Below, one piece after another: positions 10,323-19,260 of a DNA stretch of 64,000 nucleotides (the stretch's first letter is position 1; each line of letters opens with the position of its first letter). The translations under genes and the position numbers were made by a program. The DNA is from an uncultured virus (IMG/VR IMGVR_UViG_3300045016_000216) (Duplodnaviria > Heunggongvirae > Uroviricota > Caudoviricetes), in the IMG/VR virus record IMGVR_UViG_3300045016_000216, one strand, 5' to 3'. The notes below the pieces were generated by a model. It saw only the letters and a list, made by a program, of their open reading frames with translations. It made no database searches and was not told the origin of the DNA.

Positions 10323-10887
10323 TTTAACACTATATCATAAATACCGCCCATTGATGAAAACTGGAGATGTCCTGTTGTATAAAAGCCGGGGATCGGTTAT
10401 CGGCTGGATAATCCAGAAATATACCAAATACAACCATGCTGGTCTAGTTCTCCGGTTTGGCCCAGATGAACATGGAGCGGATAGAGTCTGGATCCTGGAG
10501 GCAGTTGGACAGGGAGTTAAACCTGCATTTCTTTCTGACAAGCTGGCCAAGTATCCTGGGAAAGTTTGGTGGTATCCTCTAAGGGCTGAGTTTGATCATC
10601 AGAGGGATTTAGTAACTGAGTGTGCCATGATCCTGAAGGATACTTCTTATGATTTTAAAGCCCTGATAAAAAATGCCCTGGGTAGGGTTAGCGTAAATCT
10701 ACAACAGTTATTTTGTTCGGAATATGTCCAGGTCGCCTTGAGTTATGCAAAGATTATTGAGGAGGATGTTGCCGCACGGCCAGGTGATATACCAAAATGG
10801 CCGGTTTTTGATAGTCCGGTTTTGATTGTAGAACATGAAAAAGGAAAATCTGATGTTCAAGACCCTGGGGTGGTAGGTGCGCCATGA
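10312..10887 (+). CDS. Permuted papain-like amidase (YaeF/YiiX, C92-like)
   Basis: GDVLL...YNHAGLV...SYDF...LFCSEYV (His before Cys). Confidence 0.8.
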   Translation: MPNDLTLYHKYRPLMKTGDVLLYKSRGSVIGWIIQKYTKYNHAGLVLRFGPDEHGADRVWILEAVGQGVKPAFLSDKLAKYPGKVWWYPLRAEFDHQRDLVTECAMILKDTSYDFKALIKNALGRVSVNLQQLFCSEYVQVALSYAKIIEEDVAARPGDIPKWPVFDSPVLIVEHEKGKSDVQDPGVVGAP

Positions 10888-11183
10888 AAAAGCTAATCGC
10901 TCTTATAGTTTTTATCAGTCTTTTAGGGTGTGCCTCTTTACAGCCTACAATAGTCATAACTGCAAGTGGAGATATTACAATTAAGGGTTATCAAGCTGTG
11001 GCCCTGAGTCCTGAGAAAAAGACCTTTGCCTATAAACCATGGTATACTCTCGGATTTTTGGATTCAGTTATTAAGGCATTGGGTTCTATTTTTGGGTTCG
11101 GCTCTATGAAGGCGGATAATGGAGAGCCTAATACTAAGGTTGCCAGGAAACAGAAGTTTGGGTTTCCATACGATATAAAGTGA
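10884..11183 (+). CDS. Putative lipoprotein
   Basis: MKK + hydrophobic stretch + lipobox LLGC. Confidence 0.65.
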   Translation: MKKLIALIVFISLLGCASLQPTIVITASGDITIKGYQAVALSPEKKTFAYKPWYTLGFLDSVIKALGSIFGFGSMKADNGEPNTKVARKQKFGFPYDIK

Positions 11184-11190
11184 GGGGCAG

Positions 11191-11829
11191 ATGAAATACG
11201 GAAGATTTCCAGAGTTTGATAAGCGGAGCAGAAAATTCCCAATCCGTCCTTTGATTGCGGCTACACAAAGAAGGTCCTATACCTGGTCTTGCGGAGTGGT
11301 TCTAAATCAGGGCAATGTGGGGGCCTGTACGGGTTTCTCGGTCGCGGGGGAAGCTGCCGCCCGACCTGTTATTGTTCCAAATATTACCAACAAGGTAGGT
11401 ATGGCTCTATATAAAAGAGCACAACAGCTTGATGAATGGCCAGGTGAGAATTATGAAGGCTCTTCAGTTTTAGCGGCTATCAAGGCTGGGGCTGAAAAAG
11501 GTTGGTATCCAGAATATCGTTGGGCGTTTGGGGAAGATGATTTAGCAATGGCAGTAGGGTGGAAAGGGCCGTGCGTTTTGGGGATAAATTGGCTTGAGGG
11601 AATGGAAGAAGTAGATAAACGGGGATTTATTCATGCTACTGGTCATGCTCTTGGTGGCCATGCTATCCTCTGTAATGGAATTAGTGTCAAGGGCCAGTAT
11701 TATCGCCTCCACAACTCCTGGGGGCCTAAATGGGGATTTGGTGGAGAATGTTTTATCTCCTGGGATGACATGAAGAATCTCTTAAAAGATGAAGGAGAGG
11801 CTTGTATTCCAGTAAGGAGAGGGAAGTAG
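11191..11829 (+). CDS. Papain-like (C1) cysteine peptidase
   Basis: NQGNVGACTGFS, GGHAIL, HNSWG catalytic motifs. Confidence 0.85.
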   Translation: MKYGRFPEFDKRSRKFPIRPLIAATQRRSYTWSCGVVLNQGNVGACTGFSVAGEAAARPVIVPNITNKVGMALYKRAQQLDEWPGENYEGSSVLAAIKAGAEKGWYPEYRWAFGEDDLAMAVGWKGPCVLGINWLEGMEEVDKRGFIHATGHALGGHAILCNGISVKGQYYRLHNSWGPKWGFGGECFISWDDMKNLLKDEGEACIPVRRGK

Positions 11830-11830
11830 T

Positions 11831-12418
11831 ATGCCAAAAAAATATGATATAAACTTTTTTGATTCTTTGGCTGAGGCTGTTATTAGGAAGTTTGAACCTC
11901 TTATTTCAAAATATTTGCCGGAATTAAAAAAGGAGTGGAGGGCAGAGGCAAAGGCTGGTTGCTTTGAAGCCTTGTCTGAATTCTTTGGTTCTAATCCTAT
12001 CCCTGTTCCTGAGCCCGTTCCCCTTACTAGTATCATCGTAGCCGACATGGATACCCTACCAGATCAGATGAGGCGGGCTGGCTTTAACTGGAGTGATGGA
12101 GTTTGCTGGTACGCCCTGGCCCATGCGGTAGCTATTGGGGGGCAGATGCCTGATGACGGGGCTGGAAGCCTTATTGAACCTTCCAAGAGATCCGAAGAAA
12201 TAGCTGTGTGGTGGTGGAAAGAGGTTGATAAGGTTCTTGCTCAGATGCGGGCGAATCCGAGCCTGAACGCTATTATAATTGCCAATGACGGCCCACGTGA
12301 AGGTTTCCCTGGGGAGCGATGTGGGTTCCGGCTTGGACCGCCTACACTTGAAAGATTTAAGGAGTTTGGGAGCCGAGTGCAACTCGGTGATATTGTTCCA
12401 GAGAATGAATATAAATAA
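11831..12418 (+). CDS. Hypothetical protein with Pro-rich linker
   Basis: 195 aa, NPIPVPEPVP linker. Confidence 0.55.
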   Translation: MPKKYDINFFDSLAEAVIRKFEPLISKYLPELKKEWRAEAKAGCFEALSEFFGSNPIPVPEPVPLTSIIVADMDTLPDQMRRAGFNWSDGVCWYALAHAVAIGGQMPDDGAGSLIEPSKRSEEIAVWWWKEVDKVLAQMRANPSLNAIIIANDGPREGFPGERCGFRLGPPTLERFKEFGSRVQLGDIVPENEYK

Positions 12419-12429
12419 GGAGGTTCCCT

Positions 12430-12690
12430 TTGATGTCACCAGAAAGAGAGCTTAAATATGTATCTTGGACCTGGATAGTCTCAATATTGGTCAGTTTGCT
12501 TTTGTTAATTGGGGGATATCTCCTGAATGATACCAGAAATCAAATTTGCAATCTACAGGATAAAAAATTAGACCGATCAATATACGAGCGGGAATCTGAT
12601 CGGCAACAGAAAGCATTTGACGCTATTATGACTAAGATGGACCGTGTTGAAAACCTCCTAATGAGGCACATGGGGGAAAAGGGAAAATGA
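12430..12690 (+). CDS. Single-TM membrane protein, possibly holin-like
   Basis: One N-terminal TM helix plus coiled coil; near endolysin. Confidence 0.45.
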   Translation: MMSPERELKYVSWTWIVSILVSLLLLIGGYLLNDTRNQICNLQDKKLDRSIYERESDRQQKAFDAIMTKMDRVENLLMRHMGEKGK

Positions 12691-12860
12691 CCACCTGCTG
12701 TCCATCCTGTGGAAACATTTTTAAGCATAAGACTATTTATGATCCCTGCCCTTATTGCGGGCGGATTATGCCTTATATCCCACCTCTAAAAATTGAGGAC
12801 TTGAACGGAGATAAAAGAGAAGAAATCTTTCATCCTAAAATTGACTCGGAGGTCCATTGA
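12687..12860 (+). CDS. Small zinc-ribbon protein (57 aa)
   Basis: Translated by hand: MTTCCPSCG...CPYCG; ATGA and TTGA overlaps with neighbours. Confidence 0.55.
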   Translation: MTTCCPSCGNIFKHKTIYDPCPYCGRIMPYIPPLKIEDLNGDKREEIFHPKIDSEVH

Positions 12861-13198
12861 CCAGATCAGAAACTAGCCTTTCTATTTCCCGCCTTGTTCT
12901 TCTGATTGATCAGGAGCGTAAACTAGGATTACATAGATTCAGGGTAGCCATTGATTATGCCAAGAGGTCGGCAGAGGAACAGAGAAGACTATTTGATGCA
13001 AAAAAGTCCAAGCTGGATGGCTATGAAAAAATATCCGCTCACCAGACTGGGAGGGCCTTTGACCTTCTTCTGTTTGATGAAAACGGGGTTTATGTCAACA
13101 TCTGGCCTCCATCTTTTGTAAAAAGATACCATGACTTGTGGGAAACTTGGGGAGGTAAGCCATTAATCGAATGGGACACCGGACACTTTGAGGGATAG
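12857..13198 (+). CDS. M15-family Zn peptidase, putative endolysin
   Basis: RSAEEQ, SAHQTGRAFD (SxHxxGxAxD), DTGHFE. Confidence 0.8.
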   Translation: MTRSETSLSISRLVLLIDQERKLGLHRFRVAIDYAKRSAEEQRRLFDAKKSKLDGYEKISAHQTGRAFDLLLFDENGVYVNIWPPSFVKRYHDLWETWGGKPLIEWDTGHFEG

Positions 13199-13210
13199 TG
13201 GGTTGTATGG

Positions 13211-13381
13211 ATGAATGTGATTTGCAAACTATGCGGAGAAAAAAAGTTGAAAGCCTTAGATAATACTAGGTTGAAGTGTACTAATCCTGATTGTTTTCAT
13301 ATTTGGACAGTTTCAGTAAGTGAATGGTTGAGTATAAAGTTTGAAGAATTAAAAATGAAAAGTAAATTAGGAAAAAAATAA
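13211..13381 (+). CDS. Small zinc-ribbon protein (56 aa)
   Basis: Translated by hand: CKLCG...CTNPDC. Confidence 0.45.
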   Translation: MNVICKLCGEKKLKALDNTRLKCTNPDCFHIWTVSVSEWLSIKFEELKMKSKLGKK

Positions 13382-13382
13382 C

Positions 13383-13411
13383 TTGACTTTTTCAAAATTT
13401 TCCAGTATGAA
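13383..13411 (+). promoter_or_regulatory. Putative sigma70-type promoter upstream of head genes
   Basis: TTGACT(13383-13388)-17 bp-TATGAA(13406-13411). Confidence 0.5.
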
Positions 13412-13431
13412 AGAAAGCAGAGGTGATAAAA

Positions 13432-14184
13432 ATGCCAAAGGGAGTTTATCATCATGAGAAAGGAAGAATTATAACTTGGGGTGATAAGATTTCTGAGGCT
13501 AAAAAAGGTAAGAAATTTTCTGAGGAACACAAGATAAATTTATCTAAAAGTCATAAAGGATGGAAATGGTCTGAAGAAGAAAAGGAAAAACGAAGGTTAG
13601 GAATGTTAGATAAAAATAAAGGAAGAAAATTGAATTTAACAGATGAGCAAAGGAAATCTCTTTCTGATAGAGCAAAAGGTCGTAAACATTCTGATGAAAC
13701 TAAAATTAAGATCGGTTTAAGTTCTAGAGGAAAAACATGTTCTTTGGAATCTATAGAAAAAATAAGAAAATTTTTAGTAGGACGGAGGAGACCTGATTTA
13801 TGTGGGGAAAACAATCCTATGCACAAAAATAAAAATGCTTATAAATCTAAATTTGGAAAAGTAGGATTTAGAAAAGATTTAAATGGTGTTTTTCGTTCTA
13901 CATGGGAAGCAAACATGATGAGGATTTTTAAATTTTTGGGCTTAAATGTAGAGTATGAACCTTTACATTTTCCCTTGTCAAATGGGTTCACTTATTTTCC
14001 AGATTTTTTTATTCATGATACCGGTGAGTTTATAGAAGTTAAAGGAAGAAAATGTGAATCCACAATGAGTAGATTTAATCAATTTATAAAAGATTATCCT
14101 AATATTTCTATAGATTTAATAGATTCCCCGAAATATTTAGAATATAAAAAAGAATTTATAAATTTAATACCTAATTGGGAGTAA
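13432..14184 (+). CDS. NUMOD3-repeat homing endonuclease with PD-(D/E)xK-like domain
   Basis: Repeated GxKxSEExKxKxS motifs; FRSTWEAN, EYEP, TYFPDFF, IEVKG. Confidence 0.75.
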   Translation: MPKGVYHHEKGRIITWGDKISEAKKGKKFSEEHKINLSKSHKGWKWSEEEKEKRRLGMLDKNKGRKLNLTDEQRKSLSDRAKGRKHSDETKIKIGLSSRGKTCSLESIEKIRKFLVGRRRPDLCGENNPMHKNKNAYKSKFGKVGFRKDLNGVFRSTWEANMMRIFKFLGLNVEYEPLHFPLSNGFTYFPDFFIHDTGEFIEVKGRKCESTMSRFNQFIKDYPNISIDLIDSPKYLEYKKEFINLIPNWE

Positions 14185-14188
14185 ATTT

Positions 14189-15514
14189 ATGAAGTTAGAA
14201 TGGTCTGTTTCAGATGTGGATAAACACAAAAAGGGACTGTCTTCTGATCAGAAGAAGAAATGGGTATCTGTTGCCAATGGTGTTTATAAAGACTGTATGT
14301 CTAAAGGGGGTAGTGATAAAACTTGTGCTCCAAAGGCTATCAGAATAGCTAATAGTAAATTTTCGGAAGGAGGTGATATGTATTTGGAAAAGAAAACCGA
14401 GGTTAAAAGATTTAAAAGTGGAACTTTCCAATTAGTAGATCCTGAAGCTCTTGTAACTTTTAAAGAGAGTGAAATAGGTAAGGGCAACGTTGATATTATA
14501 GCTTATTCAGGTAAAGATATTAATCATTTTTGGTGGGGGAAATTGGCTATAGATTTACAAGGAATGGAACTGAGTAAGAAAACCTATCCTGTATTAGATC
14601 AACATGATCTTACTAGAAAAATAGGATTTACAGGAAAGCCTATAGTTACTGATGATTTCAAATTAGTCCATAACAATGTCACCTTCGTTGATACTCCTTT
14701 CTCTGAAGAATTCCAAAAACTGTCTAAACAAGGTTTTCCTTACGAAGCTTCTATTACAGCTAAACCTTCTGTAATTGAAGAAGTGGAAGAAGGGACATCT
14801 GTGGATGTAAATGGTAGGAAATTTTCAGGACCTGGTTCTATATTTAGGAAATGGGAGTACAGAGAGGTATCAGTCTGTGTTTTTGGTGCTGATAAAAATA
14901 CAAAGGCTAAAGCGTTTGATGAAGGAGATGAATTTGATGTAGAAGTTTTTAAATACGCTAGGTCGGATTCATCTGATTCAAATAATAAACAACAAGAGGA
15001 GGTGAATAGTATGTTTGATTTGGAGAAAATGAAAACTGAAAACCCTGAGGAATATCAAAAATTTGTAGCAACCATTAAGGAGGAAGCCAAGAAGGAAGTA
15101 GAATCTCAGTTTACCGAGATCATTACTTCTTTGAAAGCTGAAATTGATTCTCTTAAAGAGACCAATCTGAAATTTCAAAAGAATGAAGATATTCGTAAGG
15201 AAAAGGAAGCTAAGTTAGCGGCTGAAATTGTCTGGGCCAAAGCTCTATCTGTTGTTCCTGAAAGACTTCACAGTAAGGTTAAAAACCAGGTAAGCTATGA
15301 AAAATTCATGAAAGAAGGAGTTTTGGATGAAACATCTTTTTCTGAGGCGGTTGCTAATGAAATCAAAGATTGGGAGGGGCTAGGAATCCCTTCACAAGTT
15401 GAGGGATTTGGTGGGACTTCTAAAGAAATAGATGGTGAAGACGCTAAATTAGCTGAGGAGAATAAAAATTGGCTCAACAAAATGTTGGGCAAAGTTGGGC
15501 AAAAAGCCGCTTAA
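14189..15514 (+). CDS. Prohead protease/scaffold protein with N-terminal ChaB-like segment
   Basis: VLDQHD (His) and REVSVCVFGAD (Ser) of HK97-type proteases; charged coiled-coil C-terminus; upstream of capsid genes. Confidence 0.8.
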   Translation: MKLEWSVSDVDKHKKGLSSDQKKKWVSVANGVYKDCMSKGGSDKTCAPKAIRIANSKFSEGGDMYLEKKTEVKRFKSGTFQLVDPEALVTFKESEIGKGNVDIIAYSGKDINHFWWGKLAIDLQGMELSKKTYPVLDQHDLTRKIGFTGKPIVTDDFKLVHNNVTFVDTPFSEEFQKLSKQGFPYEASITAKPSVIEEVEEGTSVDVNGRKFSGPGSIFRKWEYREVSVCVFGADKNTKAKAFDEGDEFDVEVFKYARSDSSDSNNKQQEEVNSMFDLEKMKTENPEEYQKFVATIKEEAKKEVESQFTEIITSLKAEIDSLKETNLKFQKNEDIRKEKEAKLAAEIVWAKALSVVPERLHSKVKNQVSYEKFMKEGVLDETSFSEAVANEIKDWEGLGIPSQVEGFGGTSKEIDGEDAKLAEENKNWLNKMLGKVGQKAA

Positions 15515-15520
15515 AAGGAG

Positions 15521-16216
15521 GTGAAATTTATGAGTCCATTTTATGGTGAAACTCCATATGTTCAGCATGAGATCGAAACTAATTACAGGCGACTTTTCTA
15601 TAGCAGACCGGAGCAGGCCCTCATCACAGATATTACTTTGGCTGCGGGTTATGGTATATTAAAGGCGGGTACTGTATTAGCTCTTAACAAAAGTGCTGCG
15701 GGTAATTATAACAAATATGTTCCTTATAACCCTACTACCGCTGCTTACGGTGATCCTAATCAGGTAGGAAGGGCATTTTTGATTGATACCCCGAGTGGTA
15801 CTACTGTCAATGTTGTCCTGCAAGATAGTTACAAATTTGTTGTGGGTGATGATCTTATCATTGATGATGATAACTCAGCCGCAGAAAATTTGGGGGCTAT
15901 TACAGCCATTGACAGGACTACTTATGTCCACATAGCTGCTATAACTGTTACAGCCACTATCTCTGGTACTTTTACTCTAGCTCAAAATGGTTTTGTTTGT
16001 GTAGAAGCCGGGGATAGTTCCAACATCTATAGTGATGCTGTGGGTATTTTAGGTGCCACTGTTGATACGGGATTAGGGGAAAAAGCTAAAGGTGCTTTAG
16101 CTCCTATGATCCGGAGCAACGCTATTTTGTATGATGGGTTGTTGACCAATATAGATGCCGCTTCTAGGACTGATCTTAGTGCTACTCTAGAGGGCAGGTA
16201 CTTAATTATTAAGTAA
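15521..16216 (+). CDS. Head decoration protein
   Basis: ITLAAGYGILKAGTVL, AVGIL; position between protease and major capsid gene. Confidence 0.7.
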   Translation: MKFMSPFYGETPYVQHEIETNYRRLFYSRPEQALITDITLAAGYGILKAGTVLALNKSAAGNYNKYVPYNPTTAAYGDPNQVGRAFLIDTPSGTTVNVVLQDSYKFVVGDDLIIDDDNSAAENLGAITAIDRTTYVHIAAITVTATISGTFTLAQNGFVCVEAGDSSNIYSDAVGILGATVDTGLGEKAKGALAPMIRSNAILYDGLLTNIDAASRTDLSATLEGRYLIIK

Positions 16217-16231
16217 GGGAGGTGAATAAAT

Positions 16232-17458
16232 ATGCCAAGTGGAAAAAGTGATATTCCGGATTTGAGACAAGAGAATTTACAATCTCTTGTTACGTCTTTC
16301 ATGACCGCCCCTAACCTTGTTCTTATGAATCTGTTTGGGGGAGGGGGAAATGCTGATTCTGATACCATTATGTGGGAAAGTCAGGTGGGCAATAGGGGCA
16401 TGACTCCTTTTGCGGCTCCTGGTGCTCCTGCCCAGTCGGTAGCTCCTGGCGGGATTGCTAGTCATTCTGCTGTAGCTGCTTATTGGAAAGAAAAAATGTA
16501 TCTAGATGAAGTGTTTCTTAATAACCTTCGCAAACCTGGTACACTCAATACCTATGAAAATGCCCAAGCTAAACTGGCACAAAACACCTTTATGATGAGA
16601 AATAGGTGTGATCGTAGGAAGGAGTGGATGTTTTCCAAAATGTTGACTTCAGGAACCATTTCTTATCTTGCTCCTAAAGGTGTGAAAATTTCAGTAGATT
16701 ATGGCATTCCATCTGCTAATTTATCTACCTTAGCTGCTGCTAGGAAATGGAATTCAGGTTCTGATAGAAATATTGTTGAAGATATTATGGATGCAAAAAT
16801 AACTCTCATGAATTCCTGTGGTGCTATTATTGATTATGCTATGTGTACCTCAGAAATTCTGAAGTTGATGGTGTTGGATCCTAGTATTCAGACTTTGCTT
16901 CAAAAATCTGCTTTTGGTAATGGTGATTTGTTTGCTCGGCCTGTTTCTGTTTTAAAAGCTTTGTTAGAGCTTCCTAATCTGTTGATCTATGATGAGGCTT
17001 ATGAAATAACAGGGTGGCTAACTGCTGCTGTTACTGGGTCATCTACTACCACTGTTTATGTAGATGAATCTACAGATTTTGTGGCTGGTGGAACTTTGAG
17101 ATTCCATGATATTTCTGCTGGAACCTATGAAGATGAAACCATATCTTCTGTGGATACTGAGGCTGGGACGGTTACTGTTTCTGCTGCTCCTACAGCTAGT
17201 TTTAAGTCAGGAGAAGATAAAGTAACCATGACCAAGAAATTTCTCGGAACTAATCTATTTTCCATGTTTGCTTCTAAAGTAGAAGGTGTTCCTATTGCAG
17301 AATATTTTTCTGCTCCCTTCGGTTTAGGAAGAAATTATGGAATGTATGTAGATGAGCATGAGGAATGGGACCCAGATGGAATGTGGATTCGTGTTCAAAA
17401 TAAAGGTCTACCTGTATTGAAAAATCGGGATGCTGTCTATGTTCTAACCGTTACCTAG
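16232..17458 (+). CDS. Major capsid protein (lambda gpE-like)
   Basis: MTPFAAPGAP, RRKEWM, SVDYGIP, WDPDG...GLPV; 408 aa; strong RBS. Confidence 0.85.
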   Translation: MPSGKSDIPDLRQENLQSLVTSFMTAPNLVLMNLFGGGGNADSDTIMWESQVGNRGMTPFAAPGAPAQSVAPGGIASHSAVAAYWKEKMYLDEVFLNNLRKPGTLNTYENAQAKLAQNTFMMRNRCDRRKEWMFSKMLTSGTISYLAPKGVKISVDYGIPSANLSTLAAARKWNSGSDRNIVEDIMDAKITLMNSCGAIIDYAMCTSEILKLMVLDPSIQTLLQKSAFGNGDLFARPVSVLKALLELPNLLIYDEAYEITGWLTAAVTGSSTTTVYVDESTDFVAGGTLRFHDISAGTYEDETISSVDTEAGTVTVSAAPTASFKSGEDKVTMTKKFLGTNLFSMFASKVEGVPIAEYFSAPFGLGRNYGMYVDEHEEWDPDGMWIRVQNKGLPVLKNRDAVYVLTVT

Positions 17459-17471
17459 GAAGGAGGTGCCT

Positions 17472-17957
17472 ATGACTATTACTAATAGAGGGTACACAGG
17501 TCCACTTCCTACACCGGACTTCAGAAGGCAAATAAATCGGGAGTTTATGACTCCTTTGATCGGGACTCTTTCTGGAGAAATTAGTGCCACTAAGAAAAGT
17601 TTGGCTTTAGGTGTTATTAATTTTCCAGGGAAGATCCGAAATGTCATAGCCTCTGTTTCTACTGCTGGTAAAAATGACAGTTCTGTTCCTACAGTAACCG
17701 TGGATGTTATGATTAATGGAACTACTATTTTTACCACAAAACCTATAATTGCTCATGTGTCTGGTGAAACAGCACAGCACAAAACAACCTATTCTGAAGC
17801 AGGGGATACTGGTATCACCGCTCCTGTTATTGATGAAGATGCTAATACTTTTGCGATAGGAGATATTATTACTTGGACTGCTACTTATTCTGGCAGTACA
17901 ACTCCTACCACTAAGATGGCTAACGTTAATATTGTAGTGGAGGTACAGCCTGTTTAG
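17472..17957 (+). CDS. Putative minor capsid/virion protein
   Basis: Thr-rich beta-sandwich composition; follows major capsid gene. Confidence 0.5.
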   Translation: MTITNRGYTGPLPTPDFRRQINREFMTPLIGTLSGEISATKKSLALGVINFPGKIRNVIASVSTAGKNDSSVPTVTVDVMINGTTIFTTKPIIAHVSGETAQHKTTYSEAGDTGITAPVIDEDANTFAIGDIITWTATYSGSTTPTTKMANVNIVVEVQPV

Positions 17958-17975
17958 TAAAGGAGGACAATCAAC

Positions 17976-18176
17976 ATGAAAGTTGAACTATTAGTTAATT
18001 TAAAAATAAGTGGGGATTCTTTTCTGAAGAAGGGGACAGTATTTACTGATCCCCTTCCTCAGCCCATAAAAGATGAATTAAAGGATCTTAGTAGGAATAC
18101 TGTCAGAATTATAGAGGATTCTGCACCTATTGAGGAACCTGAGACTAAAAAAGGCCTTGCAAAAAGGAATAAATAA
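17976..18176 (+). CDS. Small head-associated hypothetical protein
   Basis: AGGAGG RBS; typical position after capsid genes. Confidence 0.5.
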   Translation: MKVELLVNLKISGDSFLKKGTVFTDPLPQPIKDELKDLSRNTVRIIEDSAPIEEPETKKGLAKRNK

Positions 18177-18628
18177 TGACCGAATCTGAAGCCATTACCC
18201 TTATTACAAGAGAAATAAAAGGGTTATCTTCTAATTTGGAAGATGCTGATTATTCCGATGCGGTAGATAATGCTGAAAGAGAAACAGGTTTCGCTTTTCC
18301 AGTAACATCTGATTTTCAAATAAGATGGTTAAAGGAAAGAACTAAAAGGCATTTGTTCTTTTCTTTATGGACTGAAAGTGCTACCTCTTTCAAATTTAAA
18401 CAAATAAATCTTCAGCAAAAATTTGAACATTTTGACAAATTAATTGAAAAAATGGACAATGATTTTGAGAAGGCCTTAGTAGAGAATACTTTTGAGTTTG
18501 CACAAGTCAATGCTACCCAAATGTTTGGTCATAAGGTAGATGCTGGATTTTCTTATGATGATATGGGTAGAGAAACTTCTTATGATGAGGATCAGTTGGT
18601 TATAATTAGTCCAACTGATACTGATTAG
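18176..18628 (+). CDS. Putative head-tail adaptor
   Basis: Synteny, helical 150 aa, TAATG coupling. Confidence 0.5.
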   Translation: MTESEAITLITREIKGLSSNLEDADYSDAVDNAERETGFAFPVTSDFQIRWLKERTKRHLFFSLWTESATSFKFKQINLQQKFEHFDKLIEKMDNDFEKALVENTFEFAQVNATQMFGHKVDAGFSYDDMGRETSYDEDQLVIISPTDTD

Positions 18629-18630
18629 AG

Positions 18631-19245
18631 ATGTCCATAGGATCCGATATTGAAAAAGCGTTTAGGGATGTCGGGTCTACTTATCTTATAAAGAGAAAAA
18701 ATACAAATTTAATATCAGGTGAGTATTGTGTCTATGAGATAAGTACGGCCCTGAGAGTTCCCTTTGATAGAGAATTTGTTTATCAAGCTTCCCTAGCCTA
18801 CAATACCCAAGTTGTTGAAGGAGATATTCTTCTCTTTGACAATGGGGATCAGTTTTTAGTGGCTAACAAGGATCCTGAAAGCTTTGCAAATTCACCAGTA
18901 GAGTTTGAAACCAAACTTTTAAAGGTAAATGTTATAAGTGGTGAGATACTAAGACCTGCTGGGAATTTTACAGATGATCAATACCATACTGCCCCAATTT
19001 GGGAAACCATAGAAAGACAGGTAGGAGCTTTATTGATTCATACTGAAGATTCCCGATTGAGATCCGAAGATTTTGGAGATATAAGCGTAGATAGGTTAAG
19101 TTTATATCTTTCTGATACTTTGGATATTCAAGTGAATGATAGGTTTCAACCAGAAGAAGGGGAATATTACAAGGTGGATGTGATAAAGAAAAGGATATTT
19201 CCTGGAATCTATATGGTTGAATTATCTCAAGATACTAGAGAATAA
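18631..19245 (+). CDS. Putative head closure protein
   Basis: Synteny; two beta-barrel-like halves (EGDILL, VNDRF...YYKV). Confidence 0.5.
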   Translation: MSIGSDIEKAFRDVGSTYLIKRKNTNLISGEYCVYEISTALRVPFDREFVYQASLAYNTQVVEGDILLFDNGDQFLVANKDPESFANSPVEFETKLLKVNVISGEILRPAGNFTDDQYHTAPIWETIERQVGALLIHTEDSRLRSEDFGDISVDRLSLYLSDTLDIQVNDRFQPEEGEYYKVDVIKKRIFPGIYMVELSQDTRE

Positions 19246-19260
19246 TTCCCTGGAGGGAAA

